DNA of 64,000 nucleotides from Bacteroidota bacterium (lineage in GTDB: Bacteria > Bacteroidota > Bacteroidia > Chitinophagales > BACL12), in NCBI GenBank assembly GCA_016715425.1, contig JADKAC010000005.1:832798-896797 (forward strand), written 5' to 3'. A program made the position numbers and the translations under genes. Shown one piece after another: positions 61,611 through 64,000 of this stretch. A model generated the notes under the pieces. It ran no database searches. It saw only the letters and a list, made by a program, of their open reading frames with translations, and had not been told where the DNA came from. Numbering within the stretch: position 1 is the stretch's first letter; each line of letters begins with the position of its first letter.

Positions 61611-61883
61611 ATGTTTTCCGAAAAAAGCAGATACAAAAATGCCACGCAATATGAAGTGACCGACCATAGGGGAAGAACTGTTAAGGTGGTTGCAACACCA
61701 ACCGCTCCACAACAAACCATTAAAGGTTACCACTTGCTTAAACAAGGTCAGCATATTGATCATTTAGCTTCTCTATATCTAAATGATGCCGCCGGATTCT
61801 GGCGAATTGCCGAGGCTAACGATTCTATATTGCCCGAATCACTTACTGAACAATCTGAAATTGCTATACCGAATAAAACTTAA
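61611..61883 (+). CDS. LysM-like tail protein (P2 gpX-like)
   Basis: YHLLKQGQHIDHLASLYLNDAAGFWRIAEANDSILPESLTEQSEIAIP is the LysM/gpX pattern. ATG 61611 is preferred over the track start 61554. Confidence 0.55.
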   Translation: MFSEKSRYKNATQYEVTDHRGRTVKVVATPTAPQQTIKGYHLLKQGQHIDHLASLYLNDAAGFWRIAEANDSILPESLTEQSEIAIPNKT

Positions 61884-61886
61884 ATT

Positions 61887-62953
61887 TTGGGTTTAGATAT
61901 TCTGATATGTGTTGATGATATTCCCAATGAAAATCTTACTCAAAAAGTTAGTAGTGTAGAAGTATATGAGAAAATGGATCAAAACACCAGCTACAAACTG
62001 AATTTTGCTGTGGACATTTGCGATGGAGATATTGCACAAAATATAGAAGCAGATACTGCACCTGCAAAAATTTTAAGTATTCTCGCACATGTAAATGATA
62101 GTCTGATTTGCCTGGTAAAAGGGCCGGTAACCACACAGCAATCTCGTCTTAATCATGGAGGCGCCGGATCTTCATTAAATATAGAAGGCGAGGACACAGG
62201 AAAAAATCTTGATCATGCACCAATATTTCAGATTACAGATTCAGGAACTGACGCCGATATTGTAACTACCATTATATCTAATGCTGACCAAATGATTCCT
62301 GATGTAGAATCAACACCTGATTCACTGCATGCAGAAGAAAACCACAGCCATGTACAGCGTGAATCTAATTTGAGCTTATTAAGAACACTGGCTCGTCGCA
62401 ATGGCTTTCATTTTTGGATTACATACACAAACGAAGGAATGGCTACAGGTCATTTCCGGTCACGCAGTTTAGATGGGCAGCCGGCAAATACTTTAATTGT
62501 AAATCATGAGAATAACAATATTGATTTGTTACAGGTAAATTCCGATTCAACCCGCCCTTCAAGAACCGAAGGCAGGCAAATTGATCTTAGAACGCTGAGT
62601 GTTATCGGTGGTGAAACTACTTTGGAAGATTCTACTTTAGGGTCAAGTGGATTGCGGGAGTTAAATGGCACGGAACAACAATCCATTCAACTGGCACCTG
62701 CAGTTGATGATGCTGGAGCCTTAACCGCCAGAAGCAGGGAGCTTTAAGAGATGCGCAATGGTTTATAAATGCCACTTGCCAAACCAGTCTTCACCGACTT
62801 TGCAATATCGTTCGGTTTCATACTTTAGTCCAAGTTCAAGGTGCCGGAAGTCGCCATAGCGGCAATTATTATGTTACGGGTGTAAGACATAAAATTGATG
62901 CGGTCGGCCATGTAATGGATTTAGAATTGGAAAGAAACGCATGGGGAAATTAA
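61887..62953 (+). pseudogene. phage late-control gpD-like baseplate hub protein, with a 1-nt frame disruption near the C-terminus
   Basis: The main ORF ends at 62747. The -1 frame (open from 62711) encodes GALRDAQWFINATCQTS...VQVQGAGSRHSGNYYVTGVRHKIDAVGHVMDLELERNAWGN, the conserved gpD C-terminus. One extra G in the GGG run at 62737-62739 would join the two frames. Confidence 0.7.
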
Positions 62954-62989
62954 CTATTAAGTAAAATGGCAATAAACACACTATAAAGA

Positions 62990-63694
62990 ATGGACGATCA
63001 ATTAGTTCAACAATTATTAGAGTGGACACGAAATAAGTTTTTTGGCAAGTATCGTGGTTTAGTAACTGATAATAATGATGCGACCAACAGAGGTAGGGTT
63101 AAGGTAAATGTTCCCGCCGTTTTTAATGAGTTAGAAGTTTGGGCTTTGCCTTGCCTGCCTTACACTGGAGATAACGTTGGTTTTTACACAATTCCTGATT
63201 CCGGTGCCGGAGTTTGGGTTGAGTTTGAAGGAGGTGATCCCTCTTTTCCTATTTGGACAGGTGGCTTTTGGGCTGATGGTCAATTACCAACTAATGAACA
63301 AGGCAGCGGCGCTACGCCTACTTTACGCATGTTACGGAGTGAAAAAGGATTGATGATAACCTTTAACGACGACGCCGAAGTGCTTACTTTAAGTGATGAA
63401 AACGGCAGTAATATCATGACATTTGAAGTACAGTCGGGCAAAATAAAAATACAAGCTAACATAAAAGTTGTTGTGGAAGCTCCATTAATTGAATTGGTTG
63501 AAAATTCAACACATCCCTTGGTTTTTGGCGATAACCTGCTTCAATATCTTAACCAGATAGTTCAAACATTTAATACACACATGCATCCCGGAGAATTAGC
63601 AGCCGGAGTAATACCGGTAACACCTATGACTCCGGTACCGCCAATGCCACCGGCCACACCAAGTCTTTTATCTAACAAGGTTACTACAGGATAA
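62990..63694 (+). CDS. baseplate spike protein (gpV / gp5 OB-fold, VgrG-like)
   Basis: FGKYRGLVTDNNDATNRGRVKVNVPAVF...WALPCLPYTG...GFYTIPDSGAGVWVEFEGGDPSFPIWTGGFW is the gpV/gp5 N-terminal signature. Confidence 0.8.
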   Translation: MDDQLVQQLLEWTRNKFFGKYRGLVTDNNDATNRGRVKVNVPAVFNELEVWALPCLPYTGDNVGFYTIPDSGAGVWVEFEGGDPSFPIWTGGFWADGQLPTNEQGSGATPTLRMLRSEKGLMITFNDDAEVLTLSDENGSNIMTFEVQSGKIKIQANIKVVVEAPLIELVENSTHPLVFGDNLLQYLNQIVQTFNTHMHPGELAAGVIPVTPMTPVPPMPPATPSLLSNKVTTG

Positions 63695-63705
63695 AATAAA
63701 ATAAT

Positions 63706-63993
63706 ATGGCTCTCGATTCAGGAACAAAATCACCCGGAACATCTTTATATAGTGGCAGTATGGCTGATGCTATGGAAAAAGCATTTGTGGAAGAATGGCC
63801 TACTGTGATGGGGGATGATGCCGATTTACCCGCATCGAGTGAACAGTTAAATCTTATGTTCAGAGCTATTGCGCAAGGTGTTATCAGACATCTGAAACAA
63901 AATAGTGAATCCTTGAAAGTTACTGTTACAGTTCAAATTGGGCCCACGACATATACAGGTACAGGTTCTGTAACAGATATTGAAATCAGTTAA
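63706..63993 (+). CDS. small hypothetical eCIS-locus protein
   Basis: 95-aa ORF following the spike gene. It has no PAAR motifs, and I do not recognise the family. Confidence 0.4.
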   Translation: MALDSGTKSPGTSLYSGSMADAMEKAFVEEWPTVMGDDADLPASSEQLNLMFRAIAQGVIRHLKQNSESLKVTVTVQIGPTTYTGTGSVTDIEIS

Positions 63994-64000
63994 ATTATAT

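Noticed and set aside
60866-61883. Whether the tube-initiator-like and LysM-like ORFs are one gene split by a fifth frameshift.
   Set aside because: The frame offset is +1 rather than the -1 seen at the four real disruptions. The first ORF ends with a natural-looking C-terminus, and the LysM ORF has its own ATG (61611) 22 nt after the upstream stop. Separate genes are the simpler reading.

Overview
This is a low-GC, Bacteroidota-type chromosomal segment. Supporting signs are several T9SS C-terminal sorting domains, a PorV/PorQ-like gene next to a C25 peptidase gene, a TonB-dependent receptor, and lipoprotein lipoboxes. Positions 1-32 kb are mostly ordinary housekeeping: clpP (partial), tig, tRNA-Leu(UAG), RelA/SpoT, Fur, purA, a pabB-like gene, tyrS, a purM-like gene, ppk1-ppx, and an OmpR/histidine-kinase pair. 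Three blocks deserve attention. (1) 32.4-37.3 kb holds a tightly packed five-gene operon: patatin phospholipase, a small PGDYG-like protein, a helical-adaptor + 2-TM protein, a TIR protein carrying the same adaptor at its C-terminus, and a GSCFA protein. It matches no named defence system I know and is my best candidate for an undescribed conflict or abortive-infection module. It is followed by an unusual 335-bp mosaic of heptanucleotide tandem-repeat blocks. (2) 40-50 kb is a mixed stress/metal region (SRPBCC proteins, DUF2249 + hemerythrin, MgtA, VOC, DUF326, GSP26-like). (3) 50.4-64 kb holds an orphan LytTR response regulator and the first roughly 12.5 kb of a phage-tail-like extracellular contractile injection system (eCIS). 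Its genes are sheath, tube, DUF4255 cap, AAA+ ATPase, two DUF4157 effector-like paralogs with different C-terminal domains, a tube-initiator-like protein, a LysM/gpX-like protein, a gpD-like hub and a gpV-like spike. The locus runs off the window end. Four single-nucleotide (-1 type) frame disruptions occur, all inside the eCIS locus, and none is evident in the recognisable genes of the other ~51 kb. All calls come from reading the ORF translations and the DNA by eye; no database search was run.
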